Assembly: GCA_963806225.1 (NCBI GenBank)
Contig: CAWDXG010000001.1
Location: 1,600,001-1,664,000, forward strand
DNA from: an uncultured delta proteobacterium
Lineage (GTDB): Bacteria; Myxococcota_A; Polyangia; Polyangiales; Polyangiaceae
Length of the DNA: 64,000 nt
Direction: 5' to 3'
Below are positions 53,909 through 64,000 of this stretch, one piece after another. Below the pieces are notes generated by a model. It was not told the origin of the DNA. It saw nothing but the letters and a program-made list of their open reading frames with translations, and made no database searches. Numbering within the stretch: the stretch's first letter is position 1; the number at the start of each line of letters is the position of its first letter. The position numbers were made by a program, and so were the translations under genes.

Positions 53909-54936
53909 ATGAAGAAGCTGCGCGTCCTGGTCCTGATGCACGAGGATCTCGTGCCCCCCGTCAGTCTGGATGGGTACAGCGAGAAGGAAATCGCTGAATG
54001 GGCGACCGAGTACGACGTCGTGGCCGGCCTGCAGAGGCTCGGTCACGAAGTGTACATGCTGGGAGTCGGCTCCGATCTCGGGACGATCCGCAACGCCTTC
54101 GTCGAATCCAGGCCGCATATCGCGTTCAACCTGATGGTGCACTTCCACGGCGTCGCCGTGTACGACCAGCACGTCGTCAGCTACATCGAGCTGCTCAGGA
54201 AGCCGTACACCGGCTGCAACCCGCGCGGCATGATGCTGGCGCGCGACAAGGCCCTCTCCAAGGAGATCCTGAGCTACCACCGCATCCGGGTGCCGAAGTT
54301 CCACGTCTTTCCCGTCCGGCGCAAGGTGAAGCGGCCGCGCCGACTGGAGTTCCCGCTGGTCGTCAAGTCGATCAACGAGGAAGCCTCGCTCGGCATCTCG
54401 CAGGCGTCGGTAGTCACGAACGACGAGAAGCTCAAGGAACGGGTGGAGTTCATGCACGAGACGTTCGGCGTCAACGTCATCGTGGAGGAGTACATCGACG
54501 GCCGCGAGCTGTACGTCGGGGTGATCGGCAATCAGACGGCTGCAGACGTTTCCCGTCTGGGAGCTGCCGCTCACGCAGCTGCCGGAGCACGTACCGCGAA
54601 TCGCCACCGCCAAGGTCAAGTGGGATCTCGACTACCAGGAGAAGTACAAGATCAAGACGCGACACGCCGAGGGCCTCTCGCGCGGCCCAGGAGGCCCACA
54701 TGGCCCGCCTCTGCAAGCGCATCTACCGGGCGCTGAACCTCAGCGGCTACGCGCGCATGGACCTGAGGCTCTCGAACGACGGCCAGGTCTACGTGCTGGA
54801 GGCGAACCCGAACCCCGACCTGAAGTACGGCGAGGACTTCGCGGAGAGCGCGGAGAGCGCGGGCATCGGCTACTCGGCGTTGCTGCAGCGGATCCTCACG
54901 CTCGGGCTCAGCTACCAGGTCGAATGGAAGCGCTGA
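53909..54936 (+). CDS. D-alanine--D-alanine ligase-like ATP-grasp protein; +1 frameshifts near 54537 and 54682
   Basis: PYTG, DKALSK, FPLVVKS, SLGI, VEEYIDGRE, YARMDLR and LEANPNP motifs across three frames. Confidence 0.85.
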
Positions 54937-54979
54937 CGCGGGCCGTGCCAGGCTCCAGCGCGTGTGCCAGGTTTCGGCG

Positions 54980-56030
54980 GTGAAGACCGCGGAGCTCGAC
55001 TATCTGCTGCCCGGAGAGCTGATCGCGTCGCGGCCCGCGGCCGAGCGCGATGGTGGCCGCTTGCTCGTGCTGGCGCGGGAGCGGAACGAGCATCGCCGGA
55101 TCGTCGATCTTGCCGAGCTGGTGCCGGAACGCGCGCTGCTCGTGGTCAACGACACCCGGGTGTACCGGTCGAGGCTCCTGGGAGAGCGGCGTGGCACAGG
55201 CGGGAGGGTCGAGCTCCTGTTGCTCGCGAGGGAAGGCAGCGACGGCGGGGTCGAGCGCTGGAAGGCGCTCGGCCGGGCGAGCAAACCGCTCCGCCCGGGA
55301 ACGCGGATCGATATCGGGCCGATCGAGGTGGAAGTCGACAGTCGGGACGACGACGGCACGCTGCGCGTCGCCGTGCGCGCCGAGGGTGGCGTGGAGGCGG
55401 CGATGGAGCGCCACGGCCACGTGCCGATACCGCCGTATCTCCGCCGCGACGACGACGCCGACGATGTCGAGCGCTACCAGACGGTCTACGCACGGCACCC
55501 TGGCTCGGTGGCTGCGCCAACCGCGGGGCTGCACCTCTCGGCTCAGCTGCTGTCGCGGCTCGAGGCGCGCGGCATCGAGCTCGGGCGGCTGGTTCTACAT
55601 GTCGGTGTGGGCACGTTCCGGCCGGTGGCCGCGGACGACCTGGACCAGCACACGATGCACAGCGAGCACATCGAAGTGGATGAAGTCCTCGCCGGGAAAG
55701 TGACGGCGGCGCGTGCGCGCGGCGCCCCGGTCATCGCAGTCGGGACCACCGTCGTGCGCGCTCTCGAGAGCGCAGCCGATCCCGCGCGCCCCGGCCGGGT
55801 CCAGCCGATGTCGGGCGAGACGCGTCTGCTTGATCCAGCCGGGCTATCGCTTTTCCGTGGTCGACGGGCTGCTCACCAATTTCCACATGCCGAAGAGCAC
55901 GCTGCTGGCGTTGGTGATGGCGTTTGCAGGCAAGGAGCGCACGCTCGGTGCCTACGAGGAGGCGGTGCGCCGCTCCTACCGCTTCCTCTCCTACGGCGAT
56001 GCCATGTGGATTCCGGAGCGGCTCGCGTGA
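54980..56030 (+). CDS. queA: S-adenosylmethionine:tRNA ribosyltransferase-isomerase; +1 frameshift near 55830
   Basis: [39 protein letters not shown]; the next frame has TNFHMPKST and [10 protein letters not shown]. Confidence 0.95.
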
Positions 56031-57127
56031 GTTTTTTCAAGCTGGTCGCGACGTCCGGTGCTGCGCGCGCCGGTGTGCTTTCCACCCGCCACGGCGATAT
56101 CCCGACCCCCGCGTTCATGCCGGTCGGCACGCAGGCCACGGTGAAGGCTCTGACGCCGGAGGAGGTGGAAGGCACCGGCGCACGGCTCTTGATCATGAAC
56201 ACGTACCACCTGTGGCTGCGACCCGGCCCGGAGGTGGTTCGCGAGCACGGTGGCCTGCATGGGTTTTGCCGCTGGCCGCACGCGATCGCCACCGACTCTG
56301 GCGGATTCCAGGCGTTTTCGCTCGCCGAGCGGGTGAAGCTCGGCGACGACGGCTTCGAGTTCTCCTCGCACCTGGATGGCTCGCGGCACCTGCTGTCCCC
56401 CGAGGAGTCGATGCGCGTCCAGGGCCTGCTCGGTTCGGACATCGCGATGCAGCTCGACGTGTGCCCACCCGGTCGATCGCCGCGTCCCGAGCTCGCCCGG
56501 GCCGTGGAGCGCACTACGCGCTGGGCCGAACGCTGCCTGGCGGCGAGGAATGAAGGGCAGGCGCTGTTCGGCATCGTGCAGGGTGGAACCGACGTGGAGC
56601 TCAGGCTCCAACACGCCGAGGCGCTGTCCCGGCTCCCGCTCGACGGTCTGGCGCTGGGCGGCTTCAGCGTGGGCGAGCCCCCCGCGGACATGCACCGCAC
56701 GCTGTCGGTGATCGGGCCGCGACTGGATCCGGCGCGGCCCCACTATCTGATGGGCGTCGGCACTCCCGCCGATCTGGTCCGCGCGATCGGAGCCGGTGTC
56801 GACCTCTTCGATTGCGTGATGCCGACGCGCAATGCGCGCAACGGCCAGGCGTTCGTGGCGGGGGGCAAGCTGGTGATCAAGAACGCGCGCTACCGTCACG
56901 ACCTTTCGCCATTGGAGCCCGGCTGCCCGTGTCCGGTGTGCTGCGCGGGCTATACACGGTCCTATCTGAGGCACCTGTACATTGCCCGCGAGATCCTCGC
57001 CCATCGCCTCCTCACGCTCCACAACCTGCACTTCTACGAACGCCTGGTTTTCGAAGCGCGCGAGGCGATTCGCGAGCAACGCTACGAGCAGTTCGCCCAG
57101 GCCAGGTTGGCGGAGCTCGGCGCGTAG
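56027..57127 (+). CDS. tgt: tRNA-guanine transglycosylase
   Basis: [37 protein letters not shown] and Zn site CPCPVC...HN; GTG overlaps the queA stop. Confidence 0.96.
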   Translation: MSFFKLVATSGAARAGVLSTRHGDIPTPAFMPVGTQATVKALTPEEVEGTGARLLIMNTYHLWLRPGPEVVREHGGLHGFCRWPHAIATDSGGFQAFSLAERVKLGDDGFEFSSHLDGSRHLLSPEESMRVQGLLGSDIAMQLDVCPPGRSPRPELARAVERTTRWAERCLAARNEGQALFGIVQGGTDVELRLQHAEALSRLPLDGLALGGFSVGEPPADMHRTLSVIGPRLDPARPHYLMGVGTPADLVRAIGAGVDLFDCVMPTRNARNGQAFVAGGKLVIKNARYRHDLSPLEPGCPCPVCCAGYTRSYLRHLYIAREILAHRLLTLHNLHFYERLVFEAREAIREQRYEQFAQARLAELGA

Positions 57128-57178
57128 CCAGAGGCGCCTCGCGCCGCCCGCTTGCCGCGCGGGCCGACCTTCGGCACC

Positions 57179-59170
57179 ATGCAAGGCATGAGGGTGCGTG
57201 CTGTCGGGCTGTGTGCCCTGCTACTCTTGTCGGCCGGTTGCGGCAGCTCGCCGGAGGCTCCGGAGAAGCTCCAGCTGCCGAAGGACGGCCTGCCGGCGAG
57301 TTGCAACCCGTTCCGCAGTGCGGGTGCCTGCGCGCTGCCCTTCCCATCGACTGCCTACGAGAAAGCCGACCCGACGACCGCGACGGGGTACCGGCTTGCG
57401 CTCGCTCCGGACGCGATGCCGGCTTCGGCGGCCGGTAGCGCGTTCGATCCCACGCGCTGGAACGAGCTCGACGGCTTCTCGCCCGCGACGCCCATCCTGG
57501 TCTACTTCGAAAAGCGCATCGACGCGTCGTCGCTTCCGCCGCGATCCGACTATACGAAGAGCCTCGACCCCTCCAGCGCGACGGTCCTGGTCGACATGGA
57601 AACCAACCAGCTCGTCCCACATTTCAGCGAGGTCGATCTGTCGTCGGACATCACGCCCGATGAGCGGCAGCCCATGATGATCCGCCCGGCGATGATCCTG
57701 AAGCCGGACCACCGCTACGCCGTAGGCATCACGCGCACGCTGAAGGCCGTCGACGGAACGACGCCCGCGATGCCGCCGGGCTTCAAGAGCGCGCTCGCCG
57801 GGGCGAAGAGCGACAATCCGGTTGCCAAGCGCATGATCGACGACCTGCCCGACGTGCTGTCGTCGATCGAAAAGGCCGGCGTCCGGAAGAAGGATCTGCT
57901 GCTCGCCTGGGATTTCCACACCGCCAGCCTCCAGCAGATGACGGGCAACGTGCTGTCCATGCGCGATCAGGCCCTGAAGAAGGTCGGCCCGACCGGCCTT
58001 GGCTACCACATCGACATGGTCGAACAGGACCCCCAGCCGGAGGTCTCGAAGCGCATCACGGGGACGTTCACCGTGCCGAGCTTCCTCACCGAAAACGATC
58101 GCTCAGTGGCCGACACGAAGCTCTCGACCGGAGCCGACGGCAAGCCGCAGATCGTCGAAAATGCGCAGTATCCGTTCGAGCTCGTGATTCCAAAGAGCGC
58201 CGAGACGAATGGACCGTATCCGCTCCTGGTCTACGGCCACGGGCTGCTCGGCGACATGAGCGAGGTCGACAGCGGACACACGCGCGGATTCGAGAACGAC
58301 AAGGGCTACGTGGGCATCGCGACCGACTGGATCGGCATGTCGTACACCGAGGCTGCGGGCGTGGGAGCCAACGCCGCCGCGCTCGAGGCGGTGAAGGACG
58401 TGAATCACTTCCCCTGGGTCGGCGATCGGCTGCAGCAGTCGATGATCAACTTCATGGTGCTCACACGCACCGCCAAGCAGATCGTCAAGGACCCGCAGGC
58501 TCTCGTGGGCGGCAAGAGCGCCGTCGTCGATCCGATGCAGGTGTACTACTACGGCATCTCGCAAGGCAGCATCCTGGGAGCGAGCCTGCTGGCGTACTCG
58601 CCGGACATCCAGCGCGGCGTGCTGCAGGTGGGGGGAACGGCGTACTCGCTCATGATCCAGCGCAGCGTCGATTGGACCGAGTTCTACCCGTCGCTGCGCA
58701 ATGGCTATCCCGATCGAGTGGATCAACAGCTCGTGATGGCGCTCTGGCAGTCGATGTTCGACATGTCGGAGGGCTCCGGGACCGCGTATGCGCAGGGCAA
58801 GCACGCGCCGCTTCCCGGCACGCAGAAGAAGCAGCTGCTCTTCCAGGCCGGGGTGGGGGATTGCCAGGTGTCGAATCTGGCGACGGAGATCCAGGCGCGC
58901 ACGCTGGGCACGCCGCTGCTCTCGCCTTCCGCGCTCGACGTGTGGGGTCTAGACACCACGCAGGGTGGCGGCGATCTAGCGCTGACGTTCTACGATTTGG
59001 GGCGGACTCCCCCACCCGACACGAACGCCACGCCGTATACCGACAATGATGTGCACGGCGACATCCGCAAGCTGCTGGCAAACCAGGAGCAGACCGACCA
59101 CTTTCTCAAGACGGGGACGGTCGAGAACAGCTGCGGCGGGCCGTGCTCCTTCCCCGGCTTCCAGCCTTGA
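57179..59170 (+). CDS. Lipoprotein, extracellular alpha/beta-hydrolase (lipase-like)
   Basis: Lipobox SAGC; LDGFSP N-terminal region; oxyanion HGLLG; nucleophile elbow GISQG; candidate Asp (GDCQV) and His (DVHG). Confidence 0.8.
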   Translation: MQGMRVRAVGLCALLLLSAGCGSSPEAPEKLQLPKDGLPASCNPFRSAGACALPFPSTAYEKADPTTATGYRLALAPDAMPASAAGSAFDPTRWNELDGFSPATPILVYFEKRIDASSLPPRSDYTKSLDPSSATVLVDMETNQLVPHFSEVDLSSDITPDERQPMMIRPAMILKPDHRYAVGITRTLKAVDGTTPAMPPGFKSALAGAKSDNPVAKRMIDDLPDVLSSIEKAGVRKKDLLLAWDFHTASLQQMTGNVLSMRDQALKKVGPTGLGYHIDMVEQDPQPEVSKRITGTFTVPSFLTENDRSVADTKLSTGADGKPQIVENAQYPFELVIPKSAETNGPYPLLVYGHGLLGDMSEVDSGHTRGFENDKGYVGIATDWIGMSYTEAAGVGANAAALEAVKDVNHFPWVGDRLQQSMINFMVLTRTAKQIVKDPQALVGGKSAVVDPMQVYYYGISQGSILGASLLAYSPDIQRGVLQVGGTAYSLMIQRSVDWTEFYPSLRNGYPDRVDQQLVMALWQSMFDMSEGSGTAYAQGKHAPLPGTQKKQLLFQAGVGDCQVSNLATEIQARTLGTPLLSPSALDVWGLDTTQGGGDLALTFYDLGRTPPPDTNATPYTDNDVHGDIRKLLANQEQTDHFLKTGTVENSCGGPCSFPGFQP

Positions 59171-59292
59171 GCCGGCCTCCCCCCCCCCGGGCTCGCGCCC
59201 GCGTTCCCGCAGCGATGCGGGCTCGACACGAGGATCCCGGTGAAATTCCCGGCGAATGTGCCGGCATCGTGGAATAATCACCCCGTTTGGAC

Positions 59293-60792
59293 ATGAGCTC
59301 CGGTCCCAAGAAACAGATCGGTCGCATCCTGCTTCAGCAGAAGGCGTTGAGCGCCGAGCAGCTGGAGCAGGCGCTTTCCGAGAAGCCGACCGGCCATCGA
59401 CTCGCATCGCGACTGATGGAGCAGGGGACGATCTCCGACGTTTCGGCGCTCAAGGCCTTGAGCGAACAGCACGGGATCCCGGGGATCGATCTGGGGCAGA
59501 TCTGCCTCAAGCTCGAGGATCTGGATCTGCTGCCGCGTGAGATCGCGGAAAAGCATCTGATCCTTCCAGTGCTGGTGCGCGACGATCGCCTGTTCATCGC
59601 GATGGCCAATCCGCGCGAGAAGAAGGTGATCGACGAGCTCGAGTTCGTGACGGGCAAGAAGGTCTATCCCTACGTCGCTCTCGAGACCGTGCTCGCGCAT
59701 GTCATCGAAGAGGCCTACTCGAAGAAGACGCGCGGGGAGGACTTCTATGTCGGACCCCGCTGTCCGCCCGAGGTCCTGGAGAAGGTGGGCCTGGGCCCCG
59801 ATGGCACGCCCATGGCCGAGCAGCAGCCTGAACTGCCTCCGGGTGGGATGCGACGCACCGAGTCCGGCGGTTTCGAGTCGCCGGGGGTCGTCGTCGACGA
59901 TGCGGTGGGAAGGGTGTCGCAGACCGACGAAATTTCCGACACGGACTTCGGCGACATGTCGCGGGAGCTCAGCGTCGTCACGGACCTGCCGGAGCACCTG
60001 CTGGAATCGCAGCCGCCGGCGGACGACGCGAGGCTGATCCTCGTCGTGGACGACGAAGCGGACATCCGCAAGATGCTCAAGCGCCTGCTGGGCACTCGCG
60101 GCTACCGCGTTCTCGAGGCGGACCGCGGTCTGCTCGCGCTCAAGATGGTCAAGGAGCACGCTCCCGACCTGATCGTGCTCGACGCGATGCTGCCCGAGGT
60201 GCACGGCTTCGACATTGCGCGCCGCATCAAGGGCAGCAAGCGCTACGGCCATATCCCGATCATCATGGTCAGCGCCGTGTACAGGGGCTGGCGCTATGCC
60301 GAGGATCTCAAGCAGAGTTGTGGCGTCGATCACTACATCGAGAAGCCGTTCAGGATCGCCGACGTGCTCCGGGCCGTCGAGGCATGCCTCGCAGAGGAGC
60401 AGCCGGGCGACAGCCAGCGGGCGCGGGAGATTTCCGCCGAGGCGGAGAAGGCCCTCACGGCCGGAGTGGCGGCCTACAAGGCCGGCCGGATCGACGAGGC
60501 GATCGAGTACCTCAAGCGAGGTATCGGAATCGACCCGCTAGCCTACCGGCTCCATTTCCACCTCGGACTCCTGTTCGGCAAAAAGGGTGAGGTCTACGAG
60601 GCCATCAGCGAGCTCGAGACCGCCGTGGAGATCAACTCCGGCCACTTTCCGGCCATCAAGAACCTGGCAATTCTGTACCAGAAGGCCGGGTTCAGGAACA
60701 AGGCCGCGGAGATGTGGGAGCGGGCGCTCGGCCTGGCGCCCGACGAGAGCACGCGCCAGTCGATCAAGCAGCACCTTCTGAGCCTCCTTTGA
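59293..60792 (+). CDS. MshEN/GSPII_N domain + response-regulator receiver + TPR protein
   Basis: IGRILLQQ...LEQAL and LLPREIAEKHLILPV...IAMANP; receiver ILVVDDE...LDAMLP...KPF; C-terminal TPRs. Confidence 0.88.
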   Translation: MSSGPKKQIGRILLQQKALSAEQLEQALSEKPTGHRLASRLMEQGTISDVSALKALSEQHGIPGIDLGQICLKLEDLDLLPREIAEKHLILPVLVRDDRLFIAMANPREKKVIDELEFVTGKKVYPYVALETVLAHVIEEAYSKKTRGEDFYVGPRCPPEVLEKVGLGPDGTPMAEQQPELPPGGMRRTESGGFESPGVVVDDAVGRVSQTDEISDTDFGDMSRELSVVTDLPEHLLESQPPADDARLILVVDDEADIRKMLKRLLGTRGYRVLEADRGLLALKMVKEHAPDLIVLDAMLPEVHGFDIARRIKGSKRYGHIPIIMVSAVYRGWRYAEDLKQSCGVDHYIEKPFRIADVLRAVEACLAEEQPGDSQRAREISAEAEKALTAGVAAYKAGRIDEAIEYLKRGIGIDPLAYRLHFHLGLLFGKKGEVYEAISELETAVEINSGHFPAIKNLAILYQKAGFRNKAAEMWERALGLAPDESTRQSIKQHLLSLL

Positions 60793-60941
60793 CCGTCGGG
60801 AGACCCGCTTTGGCGCCGTGGCAGCCCCGGGGAGGGCAGGAAAAGCCACCCGCACGGCACGAAAGAGCTTTCGCGCGGGGCGGGCCCTCGCGCTATCCTC
60901 TCCCCGTCCGAAACACCACCGAGGCCCGGGCCCCCAGCTGA

Positions 60942-62654
60942 ATGAAGTTCCTCTGTCCCAGCTGCAAGGCGAAGTACCAGATCGCCGACGAAAAGGTCGC
61001 GGGCCGCTCGGTGCGGATGAAGTGCCGCAAGTGCGGCTACATGATCCAGATTAGCAAGGCCGTGACCGACGGCTCGGTCGCGCGGAAGCTCCCCGCCGAT
61101 GACGCTCCGGCGACACCGGGGCCGCCCGGCGAGGTTGGCGGAACACCACGCCCGGCTCCGCCCGCTCCGTCGCCACCCGCGGCGCACTCGCCATCGCCCC
61201 CTCGCGCTGCGGCTCGACCGCCCCGCCCCGCGCGCGCATCGTCCCCGCAGGTGGCGCCGCCTCCGCCGCGTGCTGCGGGGCGCCCGCACGCGGCTCCTCT
61301 GGCAGCGCAGGCTAGAGCGCAGACATCGTCGCCCGAGCCGTCCCCGGTTGCCGCACCCGCGGCCGAACGGGACGTCCACGCACGTGGTGGAGCAGGCTCC
61401 AATGGCTCGGCCGCGGCGTTGGGCCTGGTCCGCTACGACGACGACGAAGAACGCACGATGATCGCCGGCGCGGGCGCGCTGGCCGGTGCGTTCGCACAGG
61501 CGGTCCACGCTCCCGAGTCGAGCGGTCTGCCGGATCTCGTTGGATCCGAGGAATGGTACGTCGGCATCAATGGTGTCCCGGTCGGTCCCATCCGCTTGAG
61601 CGAGCTCCGCTCCAAAGCCGCGTCCGGGGCGATCACCGAGGAGTCGCTCGTGTGGCGCGACGGCTTCGAAGCAGTGGATGCCGCTCAAGACGTTCCCGGA
61701 GCTCGTGGCGATCGTCGACGAGGGCGTGTCGAGCGCGCGCGCTTCGCTGACGCCGCTCAGCCCGGACGTTGGAGCAGAGCCGTCTGCCCAGTTGACGCCC
61801 ATGCAGGACCCGTTCGCCGCGCCGGTAGGGTCGCCCGGCGTCGGCGCGATCGGCGATCCTTTCGCGGAAGCCGGAGCGCCCGCCGCCAGCGCTGCCACGG
61901 GACCCGCCGTGGTTACCGAGAAGGACGGACTCGGCGACGTCGATCTCGATGCGTTGGTTCCCCGGCGGCGCGGCATGTCCCTTGCTCCATGGATTGCGGT
62001 CGTCGTGGCGCTGATGTTCGGCCTCACGATCGGCTTCGTGGTGTTCAGCAGGCAGAAGCCCGCGCAGCCGATCATCAAGTACGTGCAAGTGCCCGCCAAG
62101 GGCTCGGAGAAGTCCTCCGACAACAAGCAGTCCGAATCAAAAGGCCGACGACGGCCACCAGGGGGACCAGAAGGAACCCACGTCGAACGGCAAGACCAAC
62201 AAGGGTGGCGCGCGCGGCGGTGGGCACGCGACCGGTTCCACCGACAAGCCCAAGGAGAAGGGCGGGGGACTCAGCGGGCTCAGCGGGCTCTCGGGCCTGA
62301 AAGGAGGCCCGAAGGTCGGCCCCTCCGGCGGCTCGAACAACGCCGCCGCCGGACAGCCGCTGGATTCATCGGCGGTGCAGCGCACTGTCAGCCGCTACAC
62401 CGGCAGCGTGAAGCGCAGTTGCTGGCAGCCCGCGCTCGACACGCGCGAAAAGAACGCGCCGTCCTCGGCGCGCGTGTCGGTGACGATCAAGGTCTCGTCT
62501 TCGGGCAGCGTGCAAGGCGTCGAGCACCAGCGGCGATCCGCATGGCTATCACGGCCTGGCCGGCTGCATCGCGAGCCGGGTGCGGGGCTGGCAGTTCCCG
62601 CGCTCGAGCGGCACCACGACGGTCAACGTTCCGTTCGTGTTCGCTGCGCAGTAG
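60942..62654 (+). CDS. GltJ/AgmX-like gliding-motility protein (zinc ribbon, GYF_2, TM, TonB_C-like); +1 frameshifts near 61672, 62140 and 62521
   Basis: CPSC...CRKC; WYVGINGVPVGP...LVWRDGF (GYF_2); TM; VQRTVSRY...VKRSCW and CIASRVRGWQFP...VNVPFVF. Confidence 0.8.
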
Positions 62655-62706
62655 CCCGTCGCACAAAGTCGCGCGCCGGCGGAGCCGTAGCCCCGCCGGC
62701 GTGGTC

Positions 62707-63081
62707 GCAGCCTTCCATAAGCCGGGTTCTGTCGCTCCGCCTGGTCTCCCTTGCGGAGCTGGCGATCATTCATCTGGGACGCCCGTCGCCGGACGCCTCG
62801 TGCGGCCTACCCTGGGGCTCGGGCGGGCAGCCCTCGAACGCCCCTATACGTGGCCTTGCTCCGGGTGGGGTTTGCCGTGCCGCAGCCGTTGCCGGCTGCG
62901 CGGTGGGCTCTTACCCCACCGTTTCACCCTTGCCCGGAGCGGCGAAGCCGGTCCGGGCGGTCTGTTTTCTGTGGCACTTTCCTCGAGGTCACCCTCACCG
63001 GGCGTTACCCGGCACCCTGCCCTGCGGAGCCCGGACTTTCCTCCCGCGCGTGTTGCTGCGAGCGATCACCTGGACTGCTGC
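62707..63081 (-). ncRNA. rnpB: RNase P RNA (type A)
   Basis: The minus strand contains GAGGAAAGTCCGGGCT, GAAAGTGCCACAGAAA, GGTAAGAGCCCACC and ACAGAACCCGGCTTA; ends pair as P1 (GCAGCAGTCCA / TGGAAGGCTGC). Confidence 0.97.
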
Positions 63082-63091
63082 GGCAGCGGGG

Positions 63092-63100
63092 AGCCTAGCA
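63092..63100 (-). promoter_or_regulatory. Possible extended -10 promoter of rnpB
   Basis: TGcTAGGCT about 10 nt upstream of the inferred RNA 5' end. Confidence 0.4.
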
Positions 63101-63145
63101 TGCTCCCCTGGCTCCGCGACCGGGCACGTCGCACGGCCCGGCGGC

Positions 63146-64000
63146 TCAGGCCGCGGCGCCGGCCATTTCGAGGAAGGCGCCGCTGTCGGGACCGGTGATG
63201 ATCGCTGATACGGGTGCGCAGCTTCCGCTTGGCGCGCGCCTCGAGCTGCCGGGCCCGCTCGCGCGACACGCCGAGCCGGCGTCCGATCTCGGCCAGCGAC
63301 AGCGCGTCGTCCGAATCCGCCATCAGGCGGTTCTCCACGATGTAGCGCTCGCGGTTGTCCAGTATCTCGACTGCCTCGCGAACCGTGTCGCGCAACTGAT
63401 CCTGCACCTCGGTCCCCGCGAACGACTGCTCCTGGTCGATGCCCGGTGAGACCAGCGTATCGACCAGGCTCGTGACCGAGTCGTCGAACACCTTGCTGTC
63501 CAGCGATACGTCGCGCGCTTCGAGGCGCCGCATCATCGAGACGATCTGGGTGCGCGAGACGCCGAACTTCTCCGCCAGAAGCTCGTCGGCGTGTTCGCCC
63601 TCGCCTACCAGGTTCGTGATGCGCACGCGCTCGCGGCGCAGCTTGAAGAACATCTTCGAGCGCAGCGCGCCCGAACCGACGCCCACCAGGCTCCACGAGC
63701 GGATGATGTAGTTGAGGATGTAGGCGCGGATCCAGTACGCGGCGTAGGTGACGAAGCGGTTGCCGCGCTCCGGCTCGAACTTCCTGAGCGCATGCACGAC
63801 GCCGAAGTTGCCTTCGGCAATCAGCTCCGCCATGGGCAGGCCGTAGCGCCGGTACTTCAACGCGATGGCAACGACGTAGCGCAGATGCGCCCGCACGAGT
63901 GCGTCGGCGGCCGCCTCGTCGGCGTCGTTCTTCCACCGCAGCGCGAGCTCCAGCTCTTCCTCGCGCGACAACTTCGGGTAGTGCTGCGCTGTCGACATGT
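63146..64000 (-). CDS. RpoH/sigma32-family RNA polymerase sigma factor (5' end probably outside the window; +1 frameshift near 63200)
   Basis: LVRAHLRYV, KFEPERGNRFVTYAAYWIRA, RpoH-box-like SKMFFKLR and GVSRERARQLE; the corrected C-terminus ITGPDSGAFLEMAGAAA stops at 63146, clear of rnpB. Confidence 0.88.

Noticed and set aside
54962..57127. Apparent 721-aa QueA-Tgt fusion
   Set aside because: The true QueA C-terminus (TNFH...SYGDAM) is in the next frame and ends at 56030; the fusion comes from a +1 error near 55830.
60855..60869. Possible sigma54 promoter CGGCACGAAAGAGCT before the GltJ-like gene
   Set aside because: GG-to-GC spacing is 9 rather than 10, and no matching UAS was seen.
63066..63200. 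Sigma-factor ORF overlapping rnpB
   Set aside because: The Arg-rich tail is off-frame; the corrected frame stops at 63146.

Overview
This is a very GC-rich window whose gene content points to a myxobacterium, probably Polyangiaceae/Sorangiineae-like: MYXO-CTERM tails, Ser/Thr kinase-TPR/PEGA-lipoprotein modules, an FHA-sigma54 activator, a GltJ/AgmX-like gene and giant TPR proteins. Recognisable core loci are alpha-2-macroglobulin with pbpC, an ScfR-family regulator, 2-oxoacid:ferredoxin oxidoreductase alpha/beta, queA-tgt, rnpB and an RpoH-family sigma factor. About 14 single-base frameshifts (13 are +1) interrupt conserved genes and look like long-read consensus errors, so some apparent fusions in the ORF track are artefacts. 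The most striking region is 38.2-50.5 kb. It holds four paralogous exported proteins built on one chassis: lipobox, swappable N-terminal module, basic NBR1/FW-like Ig domain, small Cys-rich domain, Gly/Ser and acidic linker, and MYXO-CTERM anchor. Three carry different peptidoglycan-hydrolase heads (M15 peptidase, GH25 muramidase, NlpC/P60) and the fourth has none. Each of the three transcription units has a sigma54 -24/-12 promoter preceded 121-122 bp upstream by the same motif, SACRTGTYCTGACA. An FHA-domain sigma54 activator and a Ser/Thr kinase lie in the same locus. I interpret this as a candidate co-regulated, modular cell-wall-lytic (possibly predatory) surface toolkit; this is inference and needs testing.
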